A stretch of 64,000 nucleotides of DNA from Kudoa neothunni. Taxonomy: Eukaryota; Animalia; Cnidaria. Within the stretch, counting starts at the first letter, position 1. The number at the start of each line of letters is the position of its first letter. Made by a program: the position numbers and the translations under genes. The notes beneath the pieces are model-generated. The model saw nothing but the letters and a program-made list of their open reading frames with translations, ran no database searches and had not been told where the DNA came from. Below are positions 1 to 14,241 of the stretch, one piece after another. The stretch is taken from contig OZ199839.1 in assembly GCA_964304625.1 (NCBI GenBank), forward strand, positions 5,040,837 to 5,104,836. Direction: 5' to 3'.

Positions 1-186
1 CTTAATAATGCATGCAATTGTTTCAAGAACAGTATAATGAAGTTTATTGTGAAGATATTTGACGAAAACAAAGTTCTGTATGAGAATAAGTTCGATTTGG
101 CTGACGATATTTTAAAATCGGCCAAGAAAACTCATAGAGAGCTAGCCGCACAATTCAAAGCTTTAAAAGAAGCCGCTGAGAACTGA
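1..186 (+). CDS. 3' end of an unidentified gene running in from the left edge
   Basis: Open frame 1-186 (LNNACNCFKNSIMKFIVKIFDENK...FKALKEAAEN*) ending in TGA; no family recognised. Confidence 0.5.
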   Translation, partial: LNNACNCFKNSIMKFIVKIFDENKVLYENKFDLADDILKSAKKTHRELAAQFKALKEAAEN

Positions 187-328
187 TTTGCACGTAATCC
201 TGTATTTATTATTTTGTAAATGAGAAAATTGCTTTATTTTAAATTGGCTGTTTTTTCTCTGCACAAAAAATCGCGATTATTATAAATAATTGTTGGTTAC
301 AACGTAACCGCATTAAAAGTTTAAATTG

Positions 329-3300
329 TTAAAAAAAATCGGAAGTATCCTTGTCAAAAAGACTGTGCAGATTGATAGTGCCATCGGTTCCCGCGGAAAT
401 CACAGTAGCCGAATCGATTAGCAATGCTGTCACGGTTTCCTTGGAATCTTTTCCGGAATGAGTAAACTCGGTTATGAGAATAAGATCGAAATGTGTGATT
501 CTCCAAATCTAAACAAAAATAATTAGAATATCGATAAAAAATAAATTAATAAAACTTTTATTATATTATCAACAGAAGCTGTAGCAACCAAGTCGCCATC
601 AACCGAAATCAACCTAACAGGACCTTTATGTGCGTTTTGAGCGGTAAAGTAGACGGATTTTGATTGTAAATCGAATAAATCTATTTATGATTAACCAAAA
701 ATGATAAATACACGATAGATACATAAATTTCCACTTTTCCCACCAATAATAATACATTGATCAAGGTAATAGTAGTAAATACGCGAATATTCTATTTCTT
801 CGATCTTCGAATCTAAAAATATTTGAGTAATTTAAGAAAAATTAGTAAATAAAAATATTAGTTTGAAAAAATTAGAATTAACTAGAGAATTTTGTAACTT
901 TAGTCTGGGTTTTAAATTGTTGATCTAATTTGCTAAATCGAAATTTCTTAATGGCGTGAGCATATCCATTTTGTTAATTCTCGAACTTTCTTTAATTAGT
1001 GCGGAATTTAAGATAAGAACAAGATGTATGTAGTTCGCTTTGGTTATAAAACAAAAATTAACAAGTATAAAAAATGGACAAAATATATATTTGTAGACAT
1101 GCGCGAAAATAAATTAAAATTTCAAGGTTTTAAAGAAGAGAGCTAATGTAATTAATGAAAAAAATATCCTTTCCTTGTAAAAATTATTAAATGGATTTTT
1201 AATACCTAAATTCTATTCATAGAGCAAGATAAAAAAGGTTAATACTATTCGATCGTCAGAACGGAACAAAGAGTGTCAAGTAACTAGTTTACGTACTTTT
1301 CCCCCAATTTCGAAGGAATAAGTAAGTGTTGATTATTGTAGTTGAAAATTAGTTTCACAAGATATGATTTAATTAAAATAAATAAAGCTTTCAAATATTT
1401 AGAAATATTAACATAAAATACCCCTAAAAGCCAAAAAATATAATTTCATAAATATATTAATACATTTTTAGCGTAGATTATATAAGTATAAACGGAAATA
1501 ACTTGATTTTTTCAGGCCAGGTGCTTTTTTAATTCGTAACAGGTATACTGATCAAATTTTAATATTTTAATTAAAACATTTGCTTAAAAATAACCGATAA
1601 AAATCGTCTCACGCACATTATAATCCAGGTAGGCAATTTAAAAAATGAAAATTGTATAATTTTTAATTAAAATATTTTGATTCACTGTGGTATGCGCGCG
1701 CTTACACATAAATAATTAAAAAATAATGTCATAAGTTTTCATAAAGGCAATGTTAATTCACAACTAAATTTTTATTTAGAAATTCAACCTAAATATGCAA
1801 ACACAATTATTTTTAAAAGATTAAGATGTTTAAAAATAGATATCATTTACTCATAATTGATTTATGATAGAGTTAAAAACAATACATAAAATTAAGTTTA
1901 ATTTTTCTATAAATTATGTGGAAGTTATAAATATGAGAATATTTCTTTCAAAGTTATTTCTTATGTCTCGCCAACTTAGATTTAAGTATGCACGCGCGGC
2001 ATTATTTTTAACCCTCATAACCATAATTATTATAACTGGTTTACATGAAAAATTAATTCAATTTAAATAATAGAAAGTTTTTTCAGAAGATTAAATTTCC
2101 CCAGCAATGAATATTGATTTTTGTAAAAAACAAAATAGAACTCACTTGAAATATTGGAAAGATTTGTTGGCATTAAAGTATCCCAAATGGACATCGTGCT
2201 ATAATTTATTAGAAAAACAAGAATGCAAATTAAAAATTACAGCGGTTCATCAGAGCCGCTTGAGGAATCTCCAAGAGTAACTAACAAAGAAGCACTCTGG
2301 AGAAAAGAGAAATCTACGCCCTTTTTAGAATGACATTGAAACACCTGCATAATAAAACCACTTAATGAGATCAACTCCAACAAAATAAATCACCGTAAAA
2401 GGTTTTAACATTTGAAAATTATCGAAAAGATATAACGACAACCTTCCAGTATCATCAAGAACTCCAAACTAGGAGGCATCAACTAAGAACAAATAGTTGA
2501 TATAGCTGAATTACCTTATGACCAGAAGCGGTAAATTTCAGCTGCACTATTCTTTCCGTTCCTTCCCAAAGTTTAAATTTCTCCAGTGTACAAGGCATTC
2601 CGAATTGTTGTAGAAACAATGTACATCGACCAACCAAACAAAAATCTGTAAAATATCAAGCTAAGAAAGCCAAAAGATTAAATATAGATACAATAAAACT
2701 CTGCAGGATGAGATACCAATGCTCGAACGTTATCTGAATAACCTTTGGTGATCTTAAAGTACAAATTGTAAAACAGTTTCATCATGAAAACAAACAAATT
2801 CACTTCATGCTTAAGAACCACTGTCATTGTCGAATGATCCATTAGCGTGATTGAATTATTTTCTACAAAATCTTTCACATGACAATAATTCGAAGATTTT
2901 GGCGAGTTTGAAAATGGTGACATCTACAATTTTACCAACAAAAATTAATTATAGATACATATTTCGCTCAGTCACTTTATTTTGCCCATTATAAGGACAA
3001 GGGGTGGGATTGTTTTGGTCAAAGATTGTGTTGGTGGAAAATTGCAATTTAAGTTCAATAATCTCATTACCAGTTGCGACGGCAAATATAAATTTATTCA
3101 ACTAGAATAAAGATATAAAACTTTACTAATTAGTAATTTTAAGAAGGCAAGATACAGAGTTAACACAGAATCCAACTATAGATTCTTTCACAGAATAGAT
3201 CCGACACATGGTAGAATCGGCGGGTTCCAAGGGTGGGTTTTCGACGTTGTTATCTACAACTGGGGAATGCATTGCGGAATTGTAGATATTTTTAGCGTGA

Positions 3301-6300
3301 GGGCAATTGGGCAAAACCAGAGGCACAATTGAACGTGCAATGTAAGCTTGATAGTTGATAAAAAGTGTGTACCAGAGAAGACGTTCGTTTGACGAATCAA
3401 CAAACGTTCTGAATGGAGAGTTTTCTGGATCCAACAGAACTTTTTGAATGATGTAGTTGGTCCAACGTTTCTCAGAAACAATAAATTGTTCAATGTCGAT
3501 GCCATCAAACAACAGATGTGAAGGTTTCGACCGCATATTATTGATATCAAAATCGATAAATTGTTTTGGAGGACCTCTTGCGGCTCGAAATTTCATTATC
3601 AATTTGTACTTGAATGCACTCAAAATCGAGCTACATTTAGCAAATACAGTTTCTATTTTGTTGGCCACTATTACAGTGGAGCCATCAAGTTTTTGTTTGT
3701 ATGGGTCTGATATCGTTAGTTCCAGATTTTTATTTGAGGCTTCAAGCATCATAAACAAAGAGTATGCAATAACATCCCAAGCGTATTTGTATATGGGATC
3801 ATTGAGATAATCATTTGGTGGTGGTTCGAAAGAACCAACAGAGAGATCTTCCTCTGTATCATCTGAAGAGAGTTGGTTGGGAGTGGGTGTTGATGAGTCG
3901 GGTTGGCAATTCAGCAAATAGGACATCACATCGCATTGGGGATGCAGATAGCAAAGAACATCATCTATTCGATCCAAAAAATAATCCACAGTGGTGTTAT
4001 TTTCCAAATTTATGCTGATGTATTCAGATTGGAAGTTGTTCAAAGATTGAATTTTAAAGGTAGAATTTGAGGGGGAGGTGAATGTGTTCTTGGGGCCGAA
4101 TGAACTACATGAAGACGACTTATTGATTGATTCTCTAGGGCCAATGATAAGCTTAAGTAGAGATCCTATGGTTTTTTTGAGCATTGTTGGATCTACCAAC
4201 AATCGTTCACTACATGTGATCAATTTTTTGGCAGATCGTCGGAACACATTCACAACAGTAGTGGCCACAATACAAACAGAGATATAAGAACAGATGGAGC
4301 GACTAAAGTATTCCAAGCCGAACATAATTTGATTATTTATGATTTTTCGTTTGGTCCATTGTCGTGTGGAACTGATTTTACTAATATTGGCTAAAAAATC
4401 CACCACGAACAAACATTGTTGTTGGACGTCTATATCCCATTTGGTCATCACACCAGGTTCGATCTCGTAGCCATATAATGTGACATCTCCTTTCTTTACG
4501 AGTTCTAGTAGCGTGGTGCTGGTTCCACCTCCCAAAAGTTCGTATATATCGTTGGACAGATTGGAGACCATATTTTCTAGTGAAATCAACAACGACTCAG
4601 TCGAATTAACATCAAACAGCTCAAAAGCAGTCAATCTACTGAGTACTGAAAGAATTTCCTCACACTGAAATTCAATAAAACAAGTCGGATCCAGCGTAAG
4701 TTGGTAGTAGTAATTGGCACAAGTAAGCGCCAAAGTGGACAAACAGTAAAAATTGTTAACAATCACCCTCGAATGGTTTCTATCAGATCGTTCGTTTTCA
4801 TCATAACCAATGGATGTGGCAGCACAACCACAACAAATTCTGGCGAGGTAAGCATTGATTTTAAGGACGATACTATTGAAGCTGACCCCATGAAGTAGAA
4901 AGTTGAAGAGAATTTGGTAGATTAGTTGACGTTGGGAGTAGATTGATTTGTAGACATTAGTGTGATCCACATCATTGTTTATGTGGTCGACAGATTCGCG
5001 GATACGTTTCGATTCTGCTTGGTCCAAATGGCCCAACACAAACAAATGACCATGATCAAAGGACCAAAATATTTTTGGAAGTATCTCGGAGAGATAAGAG
5101 TCGAATTGATCAGGGAATTCTTTTCTGGGCCATTTTAGTGACACAAAGTAAAATTCAGTTTCCAAAATCTTAATCATTGACCTACGCTTCATATTAGCAA
5201 CCGAATACAACAAAGTTTTTGAGGTGTGATTGTAGGTGGTGTTATAGGAGAGTAATTCGTTGTGCATTATGCTTAACACAATGTACTGCAGCGATGAAGC
5301 GCCTAATGAGTAAAGATAGTTAGCGCAAATATATCGCATTTTGATTTTGATCAAAGCTACATCTTCAGCCGAATAACTTGTCTCTCCTTCAATCATTTGA
5401 TCCGTTGACGTGGGTTTAGTTGTAGTATATCGTTGAGCAATTAATCCGCCGAATTTCTGTTTTGGTTTATGTTGAACCAAATCAACTTCGTCCAATATAT
5501 TGAGAGCGGTGAAAGTTTGTCGAGTGTCTTTTACCTGAATGAGACTGGCCAAAAGGAGAGGATTTTTTTTGAGCCAACAACCAAAAATAGCATACAAAAA
5601 ATAATCGTTGACTTTTGATGATGTGTTTTTTTATATATTTCTGATATAGATAATCGATAAGGTTGACGTTATTCTTACTTGAAGTGAGATCGTCAAAAAT
5701 ATTTCTGGTCTCGTTGTTCCCGAGCCGAGCAATCAAGAAGGCTAGTTGAACATCAAGAAGTTTGGTACAACAAATATCTATCGCATCGGTGTAACATCCA
5801 GCAAGTATGAAAAACGACAAGGAATGAATGAAACGATGTGAACCCAATAGATGGAAGGCATTTTTTAGTGCAGCTGTTTTCCAGCGTTCTTCCTCAAAGT
5901 TTTGGTTGAAAAAGTTTAAAAGTTTGATATTGCCGACCGATTTAAAAAGTGAGGCCACCAATGATTTCTTATTCAACAACAAATAATACAATGAACAGTC
6001 GAGCGGATTTTTGGAGTGTTGGAACTCACATTTTGCCACCATATCAATCAACGATTTCAGCTGATTATTATCCTTGATCCAATAAGGAAAGCCAAATCTA
6101 TAAATTTTGCTCCATATCAATGGAAGATTGGCATCGAGCAACATAGAACAGCAGAAATCAAACAACATTGAGTTGTTATTGGTGATATAAGCCAAAATGG
6201 CTAGTTCATGTACTGGGACGCAAACATTAGGGATGGAATCTGCTGTTGCAGTTTGGCTGTTGTAAATAATATTGTATAGAATAATCCGAAAATTCAGCAG

Positions 6301-9300
6301 GAACATTTTACCAATCGAATCAATTGACGATGAATAAAACTTATCGTATGAATAAGCATAACACAAAGAAACTAGTAAATTAAACTCCATTTGCGACGCT
6401 GATTTCGTTTTGATATTCTTTTTGACAATTTCTGTATATATCGATTGGATGACATGGAAATCGTTATCGTTGAGTGAAGTTGAATCGTTGTTACATTGAG
6501 GAGTAGGCTCATCAAGATTGGAATTGAAACTGTTATCCAATCCAAAAGAAAATGAAAATTCGTTTGCAGTTTGCGATAAACGTTCATTTGACTGTTTGAA
6601 CGGCGAAGCTGTAGCATTTGCACAGCCAGCCGACATCAAATCATCAGTCAACAATCTGGTGTTGATATCTTTGTATAGTAGATCATAGAAATTGGTATCC
6701 ACAACATTCAAATCGATTTTAATAAATTTTCTACGAGATTTCAACCCGGATTGTTTTGTTTCCGCCTCAAGTTCTTCGAAAATATTCTTCAGAGAAGTGT
6801 CAACCAGTGAATAATCACAGGTGGATGCACATGCCAACCTCAAATAACTCACCATATCTTTCAAAATGTTTACAGCTAATTCATGTTTACTTAAAAGAAT
6901 CAAACTGTGAACAAAAGAAGGATGCCAAGCTGCTAACTTTGTTTTAAAATTAAGTATTTGGTCTAGTAAACTGTCCGAAACCTCCTTTCTTGTCTTTAAA
7001 ATGGAGGTAGAACTATCATTCATTGAAATGATGTCAACACATGCGTTGGTGGTGCAGATCAACTGAGCGGTGTTTGACCAAGCCAAACAACAACTCATTG
7101 AACCAATCATAGCCGGAGAGACTGATATTGTAGTATGTAAGTACCCACGATTTAAGTTGGTTCATTTGACCGGTTGATTTTTCAGCTTGATTGGAAGAAA
7201 GAAATATTGAAATTTGACCGTTTATTACTACAGCTAACACATCCACAAGTTGGTCTCGGTTTGCCCAACACAATTTTGCAGAAACAGCATCTCTCAGACT
7301 CACAAGGGCATCATGATCACCATCAGTGGTGAAAGCTAATCGAAATGAATCAAGTCGAAAATCGCTGAGTGGGATGTCTAAATTGCAGGTGTTGACCCAT
7401 TCAAAGTTACCCATGGAACCACATTCAAAGAAGTTCACCGATAAAAAGTCAGCCAACACACCATTATCATTTACGCCAAGTGACAAGTTGGAAAAGTTGT
7501 GGAAATCCTTGAACGAAGATGTCAACACTACGTATTTGAACCCTACATCTTCAATATTGGGCGAGTTTATTAACGACAGCGTGGCAGTCGAGACGGTGGA
7601 TTTCTCAACAACAGCAACAAAAGTATTTTGTTTATTTTTCTGCTCAATCACATACAAAAGTTCTAATTGATTTGTGAATGATTTGCGTATGGCAATAGCA
7701 ACAATAATATTTTCAGTCACATTGGAAGGGATTCGTTCAAAAAGTACATTATTTGTGGTTGAGCTCACTTCGAAAGTGTCCACCGAAATTCCCGCCTCAG
7801 TAAAAATAAATGGATCATTAGCGGTTGTTGTTGTTGTCGTATCATTTCTATCAGCTGAAGTAGTGATAACTTCAGTTGGCGCAGATTCAGAACCCTCATC
7901 ATTGGTGTTTATATAGAACGAGTGTTGGAATCTCTCAGTCAAACGTAAATTCTCGAGGGGTATATAATCACTGTCGTACAGGAGTAATGAAAACACAATC
8001 AATCTGAAAGTTGTATCGGTGGATTGGCGGCCAATACATACAATATAAAATCCACTTTTGCCGGGTGGAAATTGATTTTGATCCATAGGAACACAGTCTA
8101 CATAGATCACATCAACTCCATCTAACACCCCATTTGTGTTTAAATCAAGCATCTTATTGATATTGCTGTTTCCTGTAGGATCTGATTGGTTGAGGCTGTT
8201 ATCGGAGGTATTTTCTGAATTGCCATCGTATAACTTTGTGGTTGAAAAAGTGGTCTGATACACAGCTATATTGTTATTGGTGTCAATTGTGACAAAGCAC
8301 AAACGATTGGATCGATCATCGTGTTTAATTCCAACATGACAAGAAGGTATGTGAGGAATCCACACAACATAACGAAAAAAGTTTGAAGGTTCGGCGCTCA
8401 TTCGACCCACTTCCAACGCATCCGAACTCATTCGATAGGTATTTAATGGCTTGAAACGCCACACAATCAATTCACTTCCAATAATTCCATCATTTTCAAT
8501 ATCTTTATAGCTGTTAACTTCATCTTGAATCGAATGTGGTTGGCTGGACACTGTTATAAACGCTGGGAAAAGAATGTGTGGAACCACACGCCGAACATTC
8601 AACCAATGTCCAGACAATGCCCCCATAAGAATTATATCTGAAGGATGACTGAATTTGATGTGGTCTGAGTATTTTAATTTATATGTTGCTAGAGTGCCAT
8701 CTGTGAAAATCATAGAAAGGGTGGTATTCTGCAAAATGGCCATGTTGGACGACATAAAATAACGCCCAATTTTAGTGTATTTAACCAACGACAAAAGTTG
8801 GTTTGTGGTGGCGGAGGTACAACCTTTGGGAGAAGCGAAGTGGAAAGATTCGTGCTCTTTAGACAACTGATCGGCTGCTGCAATCGCATCTTTCACCGAT
8901 ATCACATCACTTTTCCCGTGACACACACCTGAAATATCATTAACCGAAATAGTGCTGTCGGTTGCTCGAGGAACTTGAAAAACTGACGGCACTGATAAAA
9001 TTACATGCGCTTTAACACTGTGGAAATTTCTTTCGGCGGATTGGTCCAAATTCTCCAAAGACCACACAGTAAAACTTCCAGTGGTTTTGCATATAGAGCA
9101 GATCAAATCGACATTGTTGTGCCATTGCTCGATGGCTTTTTTGGACCATTCGTCAATAGCGCGAGAATTTTCAGTGGAAGGTCTTCCTGTGGAAAATATT
9201 GAAACACGTTCACCTACCACCATAATTTTACGTTAGTTATAAAAATAATTAAATGATTGGCATACAATCATGCTCTGCTTGACCAACCTCAGCACCAGTA

Positions 9301-10825
9301 AGATTGGTAGATTGTGCATTTGATTCCATCACACTGAGATTGGTGGAAGATGGTTTAAAGCTATCAGGAAGTTTCCCATCAAAAATACATCCGCCGTACA
9401 GTCGAGTTTCGGCGTATTTATTATTGAACCAAAAGTACTCACAAAAACTGTCATCACTATCGATCTTGTTGTGATCTTTTCGAGTAGGATCCAGAGCTAT
9501 GATCATTTTCATATTAACTACTGGAGAGACAAACGATGAGAGATCGGAATTTCGGCCAGATAGGTGATCAATTGTTAGATCGCCCCTTGAATTCTGAACC
9601 TGAAGCACACTACCTGCCATGTGCGAACTGTTGAATGTACTCCAAACACATTCGCTCCATATGCGACATATACCGTCTGCGCAGTTGGTCATAAGAAAGT
9701 TTGTTACTCTCATTCTACGTTTTAAACTGAATGCAAATTATACTAATCTTCTTGAGATACTTTATTGAAAATGAGGAACATTTCCGCCAAGAAAACCCCA
9801 AAACTTTAGCTGGATGCGGCAAATATATAAAAGAGTATTGTTTGGCGGTAAAAATGCTCATAACTTGATTGCGAGACTCCCTTCGGAATGCGGTCATAGG
9901 AAAGAAGTTTTTCAAGTCTTAAAATACATCGACTTAATCGAAATAAAAAATTCAGAAATAATTATTTAATTATTTATTTATTTATTAAGTAAAAGTTTGT
10001 TAAATTTTGTAATGAATAGGCAATGTGCAACTTACAATAATATGTATTGTACCAAAGCTTTACCAACGAATCATCCTACAATTAGAACGGATCAAAAAAA
10101 TTATATTTTCTGGTAATTTTAATACTAATGAAAAGGTGGCGAAATAAAAATCGTCCGGAGAGAAACTTATGTGGGTTATTGGTTTCGGAGAACTATAAAA
10201 TGAAGAGTTGGTTGGTTGTTTCGAAAGAAAATCGCGCCATTAATAACAAATTACTATTTCTCCCATATCAATTTAAGACGATGTGAGCGAGCTTTATAGA
10301 AATACATTAACAGCATTTTCTGCGTACAAATCAATAGTCTGGAACCTTTTTTGATTGTATCAGCAAGTCGTTAAAACAAACAACTATTGTACCTTTGTTA
10401 TTCCAGGCCAATTGAGAAACTTTCATATCTGGACGGAAACTCTGCTCAAAAATCCACTCTGCTTTATTCCTATCCAATTTGATGTATTGATAAACCATAG
10501 ATCCATCAGAAAACGTAATCTTGAACAAAAAATCAAATATTTACGCTTAAATATCAGCTTACAGTGCCGGTCTTTGAACACACACTCAAATGGGAGATGT
10601 ATGCATCTGGATTGTCAATAAAAATACTGTTGGGAACTAATTTGAGGCTTTCGTCGAATATTTTCAACTCATTCTTATAGGCTATGATCTATTCTCAATG
10701 CAAACTCTATTGGCATTGCTCAATATGACTACTTTATAAACATTCAAGTCTATGTAACACACTTGATGAACGAAACAACCACGACATTTATTGGGAACGC
10801 CTGGAAGAGTTTGCTTCAAACTCAT
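329..10825 (-). CDS. DMXL: DmX-like protein / Rabconnectin-3 alpha (RAV1 family, WD40 repeats plus Rav1p_C domain), multi-exon
   Basis: N-terminus MSLKQTLPG; FIYLPHPAKVLGFSWRK; Rav1p_C motifs KNPLDCSLYYL and FFNQNFEEERWKTAALKNAFHLLGSHRF; C-terminal WD40 exons (FQCHSKKGVDFSF, SIWDTL, IIGGKSGNL, AHKGPV, IKIWRIT, ISAGTDGTI) down to TAA at 329-331. GT-AG introns include one of about 1.3 kb (813-2146). Two apparent +1 frameshifts near 7112 and 5612. Confidence 0.9.
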
Positions 10826-13260
10826 TATCACGATAGCGTGCGCACATGTAATTAGTTGATAAAAAAATGCTCATTATTAAACAGTAAACATTCCAGCATT
10901 CTGTTTTGGGACGTTTTATCGATATGATCAACTGGTTTAATTAATTATTTTTAATATGGGAAATGTAAAAGAAAATTGTGGAATTTATTAATTGTAAGTA
11001 GGACTACTCGTAGAAATAATCGAATTATTAAAATTTAAAATTGTTGAATAACATACTCACTTTAAAATCACAACACACAATAATCTATTAAAAATGGGAT
11101 TAAATCGAAAATGTTAATACGATAAATAATGATTTGTTTAAAAAGTATTCTACTCATGTTTATTATCATGATAGTTATCATGTTTGTTATGGTTGACGTT
11201 AGTTTATTAAATTTCATGATCGAATAATTAAATATTATGATAGTATAGAATAGGTGGATTTTTAAATATAATTTTGATTAAAAATATACGAATGAATAAC
11301 TCTTTTAATTTACTTTAATGTATTTTCGTTTTGGTTTGTTAATATTTGTTTTAGGGTTAGGTAATAAACATTTAAGTAGTATTTGTGTTCTATATAAATG
11401 ACGCTATATTTATTCAATAAATACATTTGAATAAATATTGACTTTGTTATATACACGTAATATTACAAAGTACTAGATTTAATTAAACTTAGAATAGGTT
11501 TCATTAGTAAATTACTACATATAGATATTGCAACTAGAGATTTTAGTTTAGTTTAGTTTTATAGTTTTATTTAATTAATAAAATCCTAAGGTTGTTACGC
11601 TATTTTTTTGATGAAACTTAGGTCGCAATCGAGAGCTAATGTTTATAAACAAAATTTATGTTATTATATTTTGAATATAATTATATGCTTGTCTATAAAT
11701 TTTTATGAGGTGAAATAACGCCAGATTAAACTGGAAAATGATGTTCGTGTATATTATTGAGAAGTGTCTGTGCATGGATTAGTAATTTAACGTCCTTTAA
11801 ATTCAGCATTTGAGATAGATTTTTAGGAATAATAGATTGTAAAAATAAAATATTATTTGTTGAAAAAATATATTTATTTCGCTAATGATTGAATTATTCA
11901 TGGTTGTTTGTATCGTTAGTCTAACATTGTTTAAACTTGCTAAAAAGTGAAAACAACAAAGAAATTTTATTTTTTCGGTTTTTAATTGATTTGAAAATTT
12001 GTTGAGACCAATTACTGGTGTATGGCACGTTAAACTCCTTCTATTATCAGATCATGTGACTAGTTGAATTTTTATTTTCAAATTTGTTTCCCATCTATAA
12101 AACTTGTTCAGCATTATTTCGGGCGATTTTTAGTGTTATTAAAGAACTTTAAAATTAAAAGCCTTATTTGGAGTGCTAATTTACGTAAACTTTGACAGTT
12201 GTTTGTTGTTACATGCTATTATTGTGAATTCGTTATAGTAATAAATTACAATATTACATTATTCATATGTATTTTTCTATATATGATAAAATTAGGCGGA
12301 AAATCAAGCTTTATATTCTACCTCTCGCATCCACGCGGTAGATTTGATCCCCATCATTGAAAAACTAAAAATACTTTTTTATTTATATTTTTTACACTAA
12401 AATATGTTTTTCATTTTTTGTTGAAGAATAAGACCCGAAATTTTAGTGTTTTGATATGAATAAATTGATCCTATTTGTTTAATTAAGGTTTTATTGGAAT
12501 TTTTGCAACGATAAATGCAAATATATTTGAAAATTTAAATAAAAATATAAAGAGTTATTTATTAATTAAGTATAAATATTTGAATTCTCAAATATAAAGA
12601 CAAATGCCCCTAAACCGCGACTGGTCGGACTTATCATAAATAATATTAATTTAGAGACAGTGAAAATTCCGCTGATGAGTTTTGTTTGTTTCGAAGAGTA
12701 GAAATTAGTTAGTTGTTAAATTGTTGTGGATTAATTTATAACTAAAAATCATAACATAAAGTATTAGACAAACAGTTTTCGCTTCCAATATGCTGGGGAG
12801 AATATTCGTAAGTTCGAAAGTAGCATTGTAAAAATTTTTACTATATAAATAATTATCAAACTATTCATTAAATATATATTTTAAATTTTATAGGTGGGTC
12901 ATAGCATACATAGTACACTTTATAACAGGGGTTCTCAACCACGGGGTAAATTAAATGACATCAAAACTTGATGGGGAAATTTTTGCATAATGAAATGTAT
13001 GACGTACCTAAGGATTTTGGGGGAATTATATTATTCAGGACTACTAAATTCAATTAAAATGTTGACAGAAATGCCTAAAATGATTTTAGGAACAAGGATT
13101 AAAACAACTGTTTATAAAACTATCATCAGTCTATTTCTTTTATACCTGGTTTATCATTTAGGCATGTAGCACAATAATACTTAAATAAGTATACAATCTT
13201 AAAGTAGACATGAATTTTGCTTCCAAGTTAGGGGGAGAAAATTTTTAAAAATATCAGAAC

Positions 13261-14241
13261 GAGGCTAAAAATGCAGAATGGGGCCCGCACGAGTGCAAAT
13301 AATCCGCGATGATTAACAATCAAAATACGGCCGCTATACTGTATATTTTAGTTGTATTTCATGAATCAATATTTCAAATAAATGTTTTTTTTATTTTCTA
13401 TACAAAAACTCCGCAATATATTCCCAGTCGTTGGGATTTCTATTCGTTCCTTTGGCTCGAGGCATTTTTTTAAACAGAACCAAAGATTTTCGACATTTTG
13501 GGTATGTACCTCAGAATTCTCTTGATCTACAAAAGTTTCCTCATGTATAATTGCATGTTGAGTCATATCCAAATGCGAAATATTGTTGGCTCAATCCGTC
13601 GCTCGATAATTTCAAGGAGAGTTGGAGCTGTTATGTCATTGACAACAAATTCGACGAAGGCTTTAAAAGTTTGGTTGTCATCTATCTTGAGACAGATTCC
13701 ACCAAAAAGCCATTGTTCTTTAATGACTCTTCCTCGATTGTATTTCCTCTTAACTATGAGAGTTTCGTCGAGTTCAACTATTTTATTTGGTCAACCAATC
13801 TTATTGTTGACATTTCGATCATAAAATGCCTCACAAAACTCTCGTACAAACCTATTCCAGCCAACAATTGTGTGGGACGCGTATTCAATATCATCTATAA
13901 TTATTCACCCATTAGTGAATAAATAGAAGGATTTTCGGAATTCCCATTTTCGAATGGCTAAAAAAGAACCCGATCAAATTGGCTGTTTTGTATCACAACC
14001 ATTCAGACGACATCTCCAAATAAAATTGTCAATATTTTGGAAATTCACTAAATCCATCTGTATTCCACAACTAGGACATATTTTATTTACCGAAATAAGC
14101 TTGTTTGTCAAACGAAAATTAATGACGTTATAATTTGGCAAATAGCCTACAAGTTGTAACAGCTTCATTTCAGCGGGAAATGATCGTTAATCCTCGCGGA
14201 TTATTTGCGCGCGTGCGTTCCCTAGTCTGCATTTTTACCTC
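13261..14241 (-). mobile_element. Merlin (IS1595/ISXO2-like DDE) DNA transposon with degenerate transposase
   Basis: Imperfect inverted repeats of about 60 bp (13261-13322 vs 14181-14241, core GCAAATAATCCGCGAxGATTAACxATCA). Minus-strand translation gives the zinc ribbon CPSCG...IWRCRLNGC, KIVELDETLIVKRKYNRGR..QWLFGGIC and FVDQENSEVHTQNVENLW, broken by stops and frameshifts. Confidence 0.88.

Noticed and set aside
329-970. A separate small WD40 gene
   Set aside because: These exons are the C-terminus of DMXL, joined through the 1.3-kb intron.
3254-9202. Many short ORFs overlapping DMXL on both strands
   Set aside because: Shadow ORFs of the long DMXL exons with no independent signal.
12290-12960. 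hAT/Charlie-like termini (CAGGGGTTCTCAAC near 12926; ATTGAAAAACT near 12356)
   Set aside because: No matching partner TIR or TSD was found, so no element could be delimited.
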